A stretch of DNA of 55,033 nt, counting the filler, from Gonapodya sp. JEL0774 (lineage: Eukaryota), in NCBI GenBank assembly GCA_027604505.1. It is 2 parts of 2 records of this genome, joined end to end, with 100 filler letters (N's around TTAATTAATTAA, not from the genome) between each part and the next. Parts side by side here need not be neighbours in the genome. Positions count along the whole stretch, not along the records: positions 1 to 27,721 come from JADIIX010000214.1; positions 27,822 to 55,033 come from JADIIX010000215.1. The stretch is one strand, 5' to 3'. The position numbers and the translations under genes were made by a program. The notes beneath the pieces are model-generated. The model was not told where the DNA came from. It was given only the letters and a program-made list of their open reading frames with translations, and made no database searches. Each line of letters starts with the position of its first letter. The stretch's first letter is position 1. This document shows, in pieces, positions 23,446 to 35,375 of the stretch.

Positions 23446-26400
23446 ATGTCTGGTCCGTCTCGTCCGTCTTCGCCCAAGGCCCAGCCTCCGGTTGTCAAAG
23501 TCAACTTCAAGCCTGTAGTTCAGAACGACGTTCAGGTGGGAAACTTGGGTGTCAAAACTAGGGCCAACCAACCTTGCTAGTTACCACGGACATGCTCTCA
23601 TATTTTGAATCTGTCTATTCTTCTCTCTTTTTGTGAAATAAGGTCGTCTCTGAGACCGTTCGCAACTTTGTGATTGTTCCCATCGTTGCTCTCGCGGGTG
23701 CTTTCCTCGTGAGCTATGTTGCCTTCCCTCGCTTGGGCAGGGTGGCCAACGCTGCACAAGGCGTGAAAGTTCCAGAAACTGTTCAGCAGCTCTCTCCCTC
23801 CGAGATTGGACCTGTGGCCTTCGGTGCATTGGTCCTCGTCCTGGCTTTCATCATCGCAATCATTTACTTGACCTACGACTCTCAAATCAAACCTACGATC
23901 ATCTTCGTGTGGAATGTCTTCCTTACTCCCTTGGTTCAGATGTGGACCCACCACCATGGGGATCATCAGACCCGACTCGAAGCCTTCTACAAGAACCAAG
24001 CGAGTGAGTTCAGTATCTGAATGACACTAGTTCCCTTTTTATCGTTTTCTCGAAATCGGCCGACTGTTCGGCCCAGAGATGATGGGATGGAACGGTGGAA
24101 TGATCGTCAAAACCATACGGTGGCCCTCTGGGACATAATCATTTCATTCACCATTCCATTCCACAATTATCATTACAGGCGTTTATGATCAGACTCGTCG
24201 TCGCCTTCTTCGTGGTCGTTCCACCATGCTGAAACTTGCTGCGGCACAGCTGAAGCAGTACTATCCCGCCAAAGGTGAGACCCTCTTGAACGGCCCCCAC
24301 CAAACCGTAGGCGAAGTTGAGATATTTACTGTTTGAATCTATCCATTAACTTCTTTTATCCCAGACCACCCGACCCCATTGTCAATAGCATCCATCGAGG
24401 CATCTGCTCTTCAGACCACCCATTCTTACAAACGTCAGATCTACCGAGCTCTCGCCTCTAGTTTACCTCGGGTACCACCTTCTCCCACCGCCACTGCGAC
24501 CCACACCGGCCCAAATACACCTACCCAGGAGATTAACCTCGATGCACCTGCTGTCGATGGCGATGTGATTCTTCCTAGCCCTCCCGACAGTCCCGAAGTT
24601 GGCCCCACGTTTGGCCTCGGAGGATTGGGTGCTGTGAAGCGAATTGCATGGCTGGATGTTGGTGGCGGGTGAGTATCTGCAACCCCTGGGCAAGAATACC
24701 CCACCACTCTGACAATGCCGTCTCATCTCCGTTGTATATGGTAATTTGCAGCACTGGAGAAAATATTGAGCGGATGAATACCTTCTATCGCGTCTCGAAC
24801 TTTGACGTTGTTTATCTTGTCGACATCACCCCTTCGCTTTGCGAGGTAGCTCGGCGCCGTTTCGAGAGGTAAAGCTTTTTTTATGCGGATGTGTTTTGTC
24901 ACATTCCAATCGCATTTGAATTTGCTTCAGGCTCGGGTGGACAAATGTTCGTATAATTTGCGGAGATGTGGAAAAGTTCAGGATTCCCGAGGAGGACGGC
25001 GGTCCCGAAGGTGTCGAAGTGGCGCTCATCACAATGTCTTACTCGCGTGAGTATCCATTGTGAAAAACACTTCTACCAGCAGCTCTCTGATTCCCGAGCA
25101 CTCCACTCCTCTCCGAGCACAGTGACCATGCTGGAGACAGTGTTCCCGATCGTCGATGCCCTGAGCAGCCTTCTTTCACCTACTGGTATCATCGCTGTCG
25201 CAGATTTCTACACCCCGCCTAAGCGCGCCCCACAGGACCCCGCCAGGGAGCGAAGCTGGTTCGGAAGGTGGTTCTGGCAAATGTGGTTCGATGCGGACAA
25301 CGTGTACCTGCAGCCTCATCGTCGGGAGTACTTGGAGCACAAGGTGAGGCGAAGTGCGAATTGCCCTTACTTGCGCGATTCGGGCACCAAACGTGTTTGA
25401 ACTTGCCAAAACATACCCACAACTCTTTCGGGCTACCCAGTTCGCCACTGTGAAAACCGTTTCTGCCGTGAACTACCTTTTCTGGCCATTTATTCGTGTT
25501 CCCTACTATGTTTACATTGGCTGCCGCAAGGAAGGTCTACTTTCTCACTTTTCTCTTGATGAAAGTTCAAGCTCTCTCGAGACTATTGGACAGAATCTTT
25601 CCCTCGGAGCTTCATCAGTTCCGGGCACGTCAGGCGCTACAGCCGGCACTACCTCTGTCGAATCGTCTCCCAACCTCGGTCCTTCCAACATATTCCGCAG
25701 TTTGAGCGACGACGATCTCTCTACCTCCAACGACTTTGTTCCCGGTCGTGACTCCCCTCGTCTTGGACCCAGCATTATTTCCGGTTCCGAAGTCAAACGA
25801 ATTACGAGCTCAGATCGCCTTACCTTGGCTGGTGATGGATTTATTCACGGACAGGGAATGCGATGGCGGCAACCATTCGACGCTAGGGTTATCCCCAACT
25901 TCTCCACCTACCTTTATGCCTTTGCGTGGGAGGACCCGAGGTGAGTTCGTACTTTTCGCCGAAAGGATTTGATTCCGGCGGCACCTCGTCAAGCTGACCT
26001 TGCCACGATTGTATCGACTACCTCAGGACGGACATAGAAGCTCTCAATCTCCAGCCCGACGACCGTATGCTCGTTATCACATCCGGAGGTTGCAATGCTC
26101 TAGAGTACGTGATTAAAGGTATTGCAAGGATTTATTGTTGCGACATGAACCCTTGTCAGGTGAGACATGTCGATACTCTCGCTGTGGCCTTCAATAATTT
26201 ACAATCACCTTTATTTCGCCTTTCCTAAAGAACAACATGCTGGAACTCAAGCTGGCCGCTATCTCCTCTCTGGATTACGATGACTTTTGGCAGCTTTTCG
26301 GCGAAGGCAGCCACCCACGTTTCCGCTCTCTCCTCGACTCTCACCTATCGCCTTTCCTCTCCTCATACGCTCTCCAGTACTGGAAGACTAATTCCAGCTT

Positions 26401-27440
26401 CTCCAATCTTTTCAAAACTGGTGGCTCAGGCATGGCAGTTCGTGTGTTCCAGATGGTTTCTCGAATTGGCAGGCTCAAGAAACATGTCATCGCCATGTGT
26501 GAGGCTGAATCGCTCGAAGAGCAGAAGGCGATATGGGAGGAGAAGATCCGCCCTGTCTTCCTTTCGAAAGTTCTTATCAATATCTTGGACAACCCCAAGT
26601 TCCACTGGGTGGCACTCGGTGTACCTCCACGGCAGATGGCAATGCTTCTGGAAGAGGGCACGTCATCCGATTGTTAGTATCTTGCTCATTTATGACAAAC
26701 TATTGCCCATAACGTGATTTTCTCCGTCCGTTTCTCAGACATCATTGACACAATTGATCCCATCATTGAACAAACTCATCTCCGCACAGACAACTACTTC
26801 TACTACTCCTGCTTGATGATGAAATGTAAGTCGCTGATATGGTCATACATCCCCGCGATTGGTAATTTTCATCTTCTTTGCGCTCTCCTGCAAAAGACAA
26901 CAAACTGTCCTGCCCAACTTACCTGAAAGAGGAGGGCTTTTCCACTCTGAAGAACGATCTGAGCAAGCTTGATGCTATCCGCATTGTGTGTTTTGTCATT
27001 CGTTAACGAAGTCAATTCATTTTCACTGACAGTCTGTTTATTCGGCCAGCACACGGACTCCATCGTCAACGTGCTCAACAATAAAGTCGCACCGGAAGAG
27101 TTGACGAAAGTGATACTCATGGATCATCTTGACTGGTGAGAGCACTGTATTGAATTTTCCGAGGGAGATCGTTGTTCAAGTTTATTTGATCCTCAGGTTT
27201 GATCGGGATATGTTGATGGATGAACTAACGGCACTCACACCGAAAGTTAAGATCGGGGGCCAAGTCTTCTGGCGCTCGGCTGCGAAATACCCATGGTATA
27301 ACTCTGTCTTTGAGGAGCTCGGCTACGAAGTTAAGGCCATCCAGATCCGAGAGAAGGGAATGTGCATTGACCGCGTGAACATGTACGCGTCTTTCTACGT
27401 TGGAACCAAGAAGCCCATATCTACGGCATCATCGGTATGA
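23446..27440 (+). CDS. BTA1: Betaine lipid (DGTS) synthase, BtaB methyltransferase + BtaA (DUF3419) fusion, multi-exon
   Basis: HQTRLEAFYKNQA, YDQTRRRLLRGRSTML, WLDVGGG|TGENIERMN, VYLVDITPSLCEVARRRF, RWFWQMWFDADNVYL, YLYAFAWEDPR, MLVITSGGCNALEY, DMNPCQ|NNMLELKLAAI, MDHLDW, DRVNMYASFY. Confidence 0.92.
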
Positions 27441-27721
27441 TGGTTTGATGGGAATGGTGTAAATGTGGACAGTCGGTGGCTTTAATGCAAATTATATAGC
27501 GTCACTGTGCCTTATGGCACGGATACACTCCGGAAAAGTCGGTCCTAGAACCTTTTTTTAGATCTGCTTACTTCAACACTGAGAAATGTCATCCACAATC
27601 AATCGAAAAGATGTTCACCGCTAGATGAACGAGCCCCTTGCTACATTAGTGGGTTTCAAAGTTGACTGAAATCGAATTATAATACGCACATTCTCGGCGA
27701 CTTAAAACCGTCTCCCAGCAC

Positions 27722-27821
27722 NNNNNNNNNNNNNNNNNNNNNNNNNNNNNNNNNNNNNNNNNNNNTTAATTAATTAANNNNNNNNNNNNNNNNNNNNNNN
27801 NNNNNNNNNNNNNNNNNNNNN
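27722..27821. other. Scaffold gap (Ns) containing an artificial TTAATTAATTAA all-frame stop linker
   Basis: 100-base block of Ns with ttaattaattaa at 27766-27777. Confidence 0.95.
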
Positions 27822-27844
27822 GTTTTTTTTTGCTCTTTTAGTGG

Positions 27845-28375
27845 GTGGGTTTTGGGGGTGTGGGGGGGGGGGGGGGGACGGTTGTGGTGTGTTTTTTGCG
27901 TGGGAGAAATGAAGTCGGCGGATGGGGGGGTGGCGAGCTTGGTCGTGGATTTTGCAGGGAGAGGTCCGTGGAGGATTTCAGTCCCACCGTCCTGTCCCGT
28001 CATCCCCTCTTTCCCATTCTCACTTTCCCCACCAACCCACCTGCCCCCCAACCAAGTGACCACCTCAACCTCTCCGGCACCTTCAACCCGGACGTGCTGC
28101 CCCTCTACACACCGGTATGGGACGCCGCACAGTTCGTCCTTCCGTCTCCTGTTCCAGGGGGGGGTGGAGGTGGGGGTGGGGGAGGGTCGCCGGGGCCTGC
28201 TGGACCTCCCCAGACGAGTGCGGGTGCGGGTGCGGCAGGCCCACCGGCCCACCGCCGGCTCCCGTCCACCAGTCCGCCCAGGCCAAGTCCGTTGGCGAAT
28301 GTGGTGGCGGTGGCGGAGGGCGGGGTCGAGGGGGATTCGGGGATCGACCAGCGGCAAGGGGAGCGGGGGCGGTGA
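27845..28375 (+). CDS. Possible last exon of a gene interrupted by the gap (Gly/Pro-rich)
   Basis: GC-rich ORF with a natural-looking segment DHLNLSGTFNPDVLPLYTPVWDAAQFVLPSP after a pyrimidine-rich stretch. No homology recognised. Confidence 0.25.
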   Translation: MGFGGVGGGGGTVVVCFLRGRNEVGGWGGGELGRGFCRERSVEDFSPTVLSRHPLFPILTFPTNPPAPQPSDHLNLSGTFNPDVLPLYTPVWDAAQFVLPSPVPGGGGGGGGGGSPGPAGPPQTSAGAGAAGPPAHRRLPSTSPPRPSPLANVVAVAEGGVEGDSGIDQRQGERGR

Positions 28376-29755
28376 GGGGGGGGCGGGCACGACGGGGGAG
28401 CGGGAGCGGGAGGATGGTATGGGCCTGGGTTTGGGCTCGCCACGGGAACCTGTACCACGTCCGTACGTGGGGTGGTGCAAGTGCAACTGAGCACCGCCCC
28501 ACGTGCGGGGGTGGGGTGGGGTGTCGTGTGGACCGGGTCTTCGGTCGGGACTGGGGGACTCGGGTCGGTCGGTCAGGTCCGGGCCTGCCGCCGCTGGTGG
28601 AATCCACTCGTTGTCCCTGGGCCCCACCCGGCCCCGGGACTGGACTGTGGACCCGTCGAGTTAGTGACTTTTTGACCTTGGACGCGAGACACCTGACCGT
28701 CCCGGGGTGGCATCGAGGGCGCCCATCCCATCCCATCCCTCCGTATCATTATTCTCCATCACGAGCGCCGGTGTGATGCTTGCATGGTTGCTGTGGTTTC
28801 GTCCCCCCGCTCCCTCTCCGTCTCCGTCTCGGCCTCCCTCCCTCCCCCACCCTAACCCTCCCCCCCGCCGCTCCTCCTTTCCTCTCACACTCTCCTCCGT
28901 CGTTTTATCATGATTGTTGTTTTTCTTCGTTCCTGTTTTCCGTTTCTTGTGTCTGCCGCCCCATGTCTGGTGTGTTACTTCTTTTCTTAGATCTCGTAAA
29001 CATGGGACGCCAAACGCCACGGTTTTTTCGTTCAGTTGTAATGTAAAGAACGAGCAAAAGCACTGTAAAAGGGGCACGTCGTGACGGGGAATGTAACCGA
29101 TTTGTAGTCTATAAGTCTGTTTGTTTCGTGGTGTGGGAATGACGGATGAATAGAAAGAGAAAGAGTAACCGTGTAACTTTCCTTATGTGGTTCGATGGAC
29201 TGAGCGCCGACGTCGGTGGTGGGTGCGCCGGGGGTTCCGGCGCGCGCGTCTCGTCTCTCGTGTGAACGTGAGTTTTTCGTGCACGTCGAGAGACATTCCT
29301 TACAAAGTTGAAATTCGTGCGGCTTCCAGACACGCCCGAGGTGGGTGACCCCCGGCCCTCCGCACCAAAGTACGTATGTTACTCGACCACACCGCGGGTG
29401 GGCGACTTGTGCGGATCGGTTCTCGTGGGGGATGTGGTGCTGCCCGTGTTCCCCTCGTGGGCGCGCGTTTTTACCTTTTTTTTTTTATTGCTTTGTTTTC
29501 TTTCTTTGTTTGATTTTGCTGCTGGACCGTCCGTGGTGCGTGACGAATCACGGGGAGGGGTTCTGTTGGTTGGTGTTTCGAGGGGATGACCTGGCACGGA
29601 ACTTGTTCATGATGATCGTTCAACTCTATTCGGGTCGGTAAAATTATAAAACTTTCAATCTCTGTAATCTGACGATGCACTCCAAGTTACGATGCCCGTT
29701 TCTCACTTCCACCCTCCCCATCACCACCTCGACAACCTTACCCATACCCGCCCCA

Positions 29756-31021
29756 CTATACCTTGCTCCCCCTCAACCCCGCGTTCTCCCCCTCCCCCTC
29801 CGTCTCTCCCTCACTCCCGTTGTCCTTCTTCAGCGTCGTGACCGGGTTGACGATCAAGAAGGCCACCGCCACCACGACCATGAGGCCGGCGTCCAGCGTG
29901 TACACCAGGGCCTCGGTCTTGGCGATGGGGGATTCGAAACCGTCCCAGAATTCGATGACGCGGAAGGTGTTGCGGATCTGGGGGGATGGAGGCGGGGTTG
30001 GGGGGATAAAAGGTGGTCAGAGACAGTGGTGGTGGGAGGACAGTCGCTCTTTGGTACTCACGAGGATCAAACCGGAACAGAAGAGGTTGCTCCACATGAG
30101 ACGGTGCCAAAGCCCCTTGATATGCTTCGCCTTGATGTACACCCTTATAGCCAGTACCATGTACACGAGTATGGCGATGACTTGCACGGCGAGACCTGCG
30201 ATGAGGATCTTGAGTCCTACGTTGAACTGATCAAAGTTGCCCTCGGCAGAGAGGAGCACGAGCGTGCCGGCGATCTGGACGACGAATGCGAGGACGTCGG
30301 AGGTGATGAAGATCTGGGCGATGCGGCGGGGGTTGATGGGGCAGTATTGGGTGCCGAGGAGGTTGACCCTGGTGGTGGGAGAGACGTGGTATGACGTCTA
30401 TGGAGTAACGGACATGCGAATAATATAGGACGTACATCCGGGATAGGAGGATGTACACTCCTGCGGCGAAAAATATGGGCGCAAGAACCTATCGACGTTA
30501 AAGTGAATAGACCACCAATTGATCCAAGAGACTTTGAGCGCACCGACACCGCGATCGCGAAAACTCACGATACATGCAAACTGGCCGCTGTAGAGCTTGG
30601 TGTTTCTGGATATTTCCTGGGCGATCTCCTTGGCTTTGATTCGGAATACGAAACCTAGGACCTCGACTTGAGGGAGAGGGGAACGACACGGGTCGACGAA
30701 TTAGTACGAACTCGCAAGTCAATTCTTTACAAGTAGTCTTCGTGTGGTGTGATTGTCGGTGTCTCTTGGCAAAGTCCACTCACGCGCACAACCCAGGAGA
30801 AACGTGATCATGAACCACGCTCTGCTCCTGTACAGTTGAATCGCATGTGCCACGGTCACCACCGCGAAGAGTGACAAGAATACGATCGCGAGTGGAGTAG
30901 ATGGCTCATAGCGGAAGACGGTTTCTTCCCCTGGGATACGGTGAGCGCAAGGGCCAAGGGTTAGAACAACGAGAAGTAGCGGGGAGTCCAACCACTTACA
31001 GGGGAGAATAGGGGCTGCCAT
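29756..31021 (-). CDS. RTA1-like (lipid-translocating exporter family) 7-TM protein, 5 exons
   Basis: FRYEPSTPLAIVFLSLF...HAIQLYRSRAWFMITFLLGCA|LEVLGFVFR...|VLAPIFFAAGVYILLSRM...IFITSDVLAFVVQIAG...GLKILIAGLAVQV...|IRNTFRVIEFWDG...EALVYTLDAGLM. Confidence 0.9.
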
Positions 31022-31572
31022 TGTAAATAGGTTGGCTCATTGCAGAGAATTTGGGTGCTTTATATAAGGAGGCAGGTAGTAATAGTGCGATTCAGGATCG
31101 AGAAAGTCGGTTCCCATCCAGGAAAGGGTGGTGGGAATGGTCGGGTAAAACACATTGAAGCTGGTTGCCCCCACAGCACACCCTTGATCAATTACACAAT
31201 TTGAAACATGGCTGACCAATAACGAAGTTCATCAATTCCTGTACTAGACCACGTTCTCTTCCTCGGCGTTGCTCCGGTTTGTCAAGCTCATTGCTTGCCT
31301 GTCAACCTTCAGTTAAGAACTTGTGAGATACAGGACCACCCATTCTTTCTCGTTCTTCGATTCCCCAAACAAAGAAGCCAGAACATCGATGTGTGAGAAT
31401 TGTGGCGGTGACGACCTTGTCTGGGGCTGTGCTGAGATTGCGGCTCAGCTTCGCTTAGGGGCGGCAAGCTCAGCGGGCCATCAGCAAGATCACTCCGCGG
31501 AGTTTTTAAACTTCGTGGATTCCCCGGCTCGTTTCACACCCACACGATACAATCAGATCTGCACACGCAAGA

Positions 31573-33368
31573 ATGTCAAACTCATTAAATTCGGAGCTCA
31601 TCGAAGCTATCGAGAGAGTAGACGCACCACGTGTTCGACAGTTGTTGGCTTCCAATGCGAACCCGAACGCGAGGAAGAGAGTTACCATTACCCTGAGTCG
31701 GAAATCTGGACAATCTGACACACGAGATGGAGAGTCAGCTCTCACTCTTGCTATTCTGTGGAAGAGTGATGAGATTGTTGAGGAGCTGCTCAAGCACAAC
31801 GCTGATCCCAACTCAGAATGCACGTGGCCAATACCGAATTGGTCCACAAGCTGCACAAGTTGGAGATCCTCACAAGTCGGCACACAGCTTTGGAGAATGA
31901 CAAACTCGTTTTCTTCTCCCCTGGTGCTGGCATTGGGAGGGGAATGGAAAGAGCACCGTTATAACATTGTTCGCAAACCCGGCAACAAGAACCAAATTGC
32001 AATCAACTTGAAGGGAGGAGAGGTCACTGTTGAAAGGCCAAAAATTGCTGACAACTGCAGAACTGTGCGCACTTTACAGTGTTCATCCTTGCAAACGATC
32101 AATCATCTTCTGCATCATGGGGCGAGAGTCACCCGGGACGAAATTGAAGCCGCACGCCCTCTCAGTTTGGAGGTGCAAAGAATACTTCAGGAGCATCGAG
32201 AACTACAAAAGAATCCTGCCTTGGTTCAACTTTTAAAAATCAAACTCCCCGTGGATCTGCCCATACCACCTCTTCACATCAAATCACCGACACGTCAAGA
32301 TCCATACCCAAAGCGGTCAACGTCTCTTGAGACTATCAATCTTAAGAATATAGTTGCTGGCAGGAAGCTTGGCTCTGGTAGCTTTGGCGACGTCTATCAT
32401 TACCTCCTTGGCGGAATGGAAGTGGCAGTGAAAATTCTCAAAGTACCACCAGGTGGAGACAGGAATGATCTGAAAAAAGTACGTCTTGCTTGCACGCTCA
32501 GCTACTGATTAGATTACGTGTGATTCATAACATTCTTTCAAAGGCCTTTCATAGGGAACTTAAGGCATGCTGCGCGGTCACAATGCTTGAAAAGCATCCC
32601 AACATTCTGGCAATTTTGGATGCACACTGGTCGAAAGCTAATCAGCCCCTCCTGGCTTTCGAGTATTTAAAGAACGGTAATGTCAGAGAGTTCATATCGG
32701 AGTCTCGGAGACAGGGGAAGGATGTCGATAAGCTGCAGCTAGTGAGTGCCAGTTCTGATGAGGTCTCTTCATTTCACAAAGAAAGTTATTGGTTATGTAT
32801 CCGTTTTGAGATCCACAACATAGCTTCTGGAATGCTGTTCCTCCACAACCGATGCGATATGGTTCACTCCGATCTAAAACCACAAAATGTACTGGTGGAC
32901 AACAACGGTATTGCAAAAATCGCAGATTTCGGATTCGCTCGAGTGCGCAATCGAGCTCCTTTCGGAGGAGAGTCAAGTGGTGCAGGTGGCGGTACAAGGC
33001 TCTACATGCCTCCTGAACGCTTCTTTGGAGCTGCAAAAGCGACCAAAGAGGGTGATATCTACGCGTTTGGATTGACTGCGTTTCATGTGAGTCTGTTGGT
33101 AGCATGTTCATTTTGAAAGAGTTCGATAAAATGATCTTCTGGATCACAGATTTGGACAGGGCGCCAACCCTTTGAGGAGCACCTTCGCCTCGGTAAAATG
33201 ACATTGGAAGAAATCCTCAAGCGGAAGTTACGTCCCGCCATATTGCATTCCGACTTTATGCCACCTGCACTCGAAGAGCTCATTTGTAGCTGCTGGTCAC
33301 ACGCCCCTGGTGATCGCCCGACCTTCGTTAATGTGGAGCAAAGGATGCAAGAGATTCGCAGGTTGTAG
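31573..33368 (+). CDS. Ankyrin-repeat + TKL-type protein kinase (apparently intact), 4 exons
   Basis: ANK: LIEAIERVDAPRVRQLLASNANPNARK...ESALTLAILWKSDEIVEELLKHNADPN. Kinase: LGSGSFGDVY, VAVK, FHRELKA, HPNIL, IASGMLFLH, HSDLKPQN, IADFG, GTRLYMPPE, DIYAFG, CWSHAPGDRPTF. Introns 32479-32543, 32742-32810, 33087-33149. Confidence 0.88.
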
Positions 33369-35375
33369 GCATTTAATAGTACTCGCGCTCGGTCGAGGAG
33401 CTCTAGATACCTGCACTAGAAATTTTCTCGTTTGTTGGAACCGCGCTCAAAAGAGCTGCTGTCCTATCGTGAACTGGACCACATATTTCCTCCATGAAGA
33501 TCCTTTGTTTCTCAACTAGATCTGCAGTAAAATTTATGCTAGGAATTTGAACCTTATTAATATGGAGCGTCTGCGCGCTCTTGTTTGGTATTTGAGTGCC
33601 ATCGGGTATCGGTTGTCGAGCTAGGATATCGCCAAGCTTGTACAGGACCACCAGCGGTAGGATGGAGTGCAAAATGCCAACAACAAAGTATCCTTGATGT
33701 ACACAACGTCTAGAAGCACGCTACGGGGCAAGAGTTCGGAGAACGGTTTCACCACCCAGGGATTTCATCGATTTCACTTTGGAGTTCTGAGGCCCCCGCT
33801 CGTGGGAGTATTCGTCCACCAATCCTATCAGTGTGACCCGCGGTCTTCGGACTTTGTGATCCTGTAACACCTGTCCCCACGGAGAGGGATAAACTGAGGA
33901 CCGCAGTAAGATGCGATGCCGGAGAGCCTGCTTGGCAGGACTATTCGTCCACGAATCCCAACTGCGAGGAACTGAATCAACGACAGTTGACATCCGGCCC
34001 CCGGGGGGGTCCAAGCTAATGACCCTAGCATCGAACACGTGGGTTGAATATGAAATCGCGGAGTAATTACAGGGATGGCCGAACCCCGAACGCGCAGTCG
34101 TCTGGACCACAGCAAAGTGTCGCCGGTGTTTGTCATTCCGATTGATTGTTGTTTTCGTTGAGTTCAATTAGTTCGATTCCGCGAGTACGACTCCTACAAC
34201 CGTGGGTTGTCAAACTCGCACAGAGACTCCATTGGGTGCCAAAGCAGCAGCAGCAAAAACTCTCTTGGCGGAGAGGATTTGTCTTTCCTTTATCTTTTTT
34301 GAGGTCCGGACTGACGACCAAACTTCCGTTCGTCGCCGCAAAGAAGTGCCACCAAACAAAATCTCCTCGTCGAAAGTCGGAAAAGAGATATACCGATTCC
34401 CTTATGAGGGGACATCGCACAACCTCAGAGAAGAGTTCCAAGTGCCAATTCCAAAGTTGCCGAACAATCATATCCCAAAAGATCCAATGCCCATCACTCC
34501 GTAAACTCCTTCAAAAGGTGAAATAGATGTTGTTTTCAGACATATGGAATGGGTCTAGCGGTAGTACGAGTGGTTGGAGTGATGGAAGGTTGAAAGGGAA
34601 GCAGAGCCGTCAAACCGAGAAAGGGCGATCCAGCAGGAGATATCTTACGACTGCAGCAGGATTAAGATTTTCGGACGGATATAGCTGGAGACTTATCGAG
34701 TTATTAGTGTTTTAGTGACGCCGGGTGTGTGTCCACCACCAAAGTTTGCGAGTACACAACAATCTCTCAACGCAAGCACTTCTATATACGGGATGTAGGC
34801 ATTGATAGAGTCCTCCTAAATTCTCCGCTGATAGTTCTTTGAATGTATTTTCGGTTAAAACACTGACTGTCTACGTCGTTTGATGAACATCGTTTACATC
34901 ACTTTATAAAAGTGCCAGATTCGGTAGACGTGAAAGTAAGTCGACGCAATAGAAATTCAAGAAAGGATTGTGTTTCTCAATCTTTACCGTGTCCTGTTAC
35001 AACTTTACTTCCGCCTCTCTTAGTTTGCCTACTATATCAATACCATCGCTCACGCAATATGTTGAAATTCACGCAAGGTGTGTAGAAGATGAGAGGCGAA
35101 AGAGGGAATGTCACGGGAGGACATCAATACAGATTTGTTTGAAGTGCGGGGAGATGACACGGTAATTGTGTTTCCAAATTGTCTGAACATCAGGGATTCA
35201 CAATTTAGAAGAAAATTACAGTAGTAGAGACTGATGCAGTGTGGTATGAGCGCGACTCAAAATGGAGTAGGTATTCTCACATGAAAGTTTTTTGTCTTGC
35301 CGGTCGCTCGTGACGTCACCTTTCACCTTTATCAAAATCAGAGTCCAAGCACTCAAAACCAAACACTCACGATTG

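Noticed and set aside
27766..27777. Palindromic TTAATTAATTAA within Ns
   Set aside because: Artificial scaffolding linker with stops in all frames; not biological.
29675..30394. 239-aa + strand ORF, and similarly 6810-7364, 37028-37912, 52262-53482 and 54135-54770
   Set aside because: Antisense shadows of real GC-rich genes or of low-complexity purine tracts; no independent domain signal.
33700..34720. Possible structured RNA or small gene (repeated tattcgtccac, G/C stems, several ~100-aa ORFs)
   Set aside because: No diagnostic tRNA, snRNA, RNase P/MRP or protein motif seen. An Infernal/Rfam scan would be needed.
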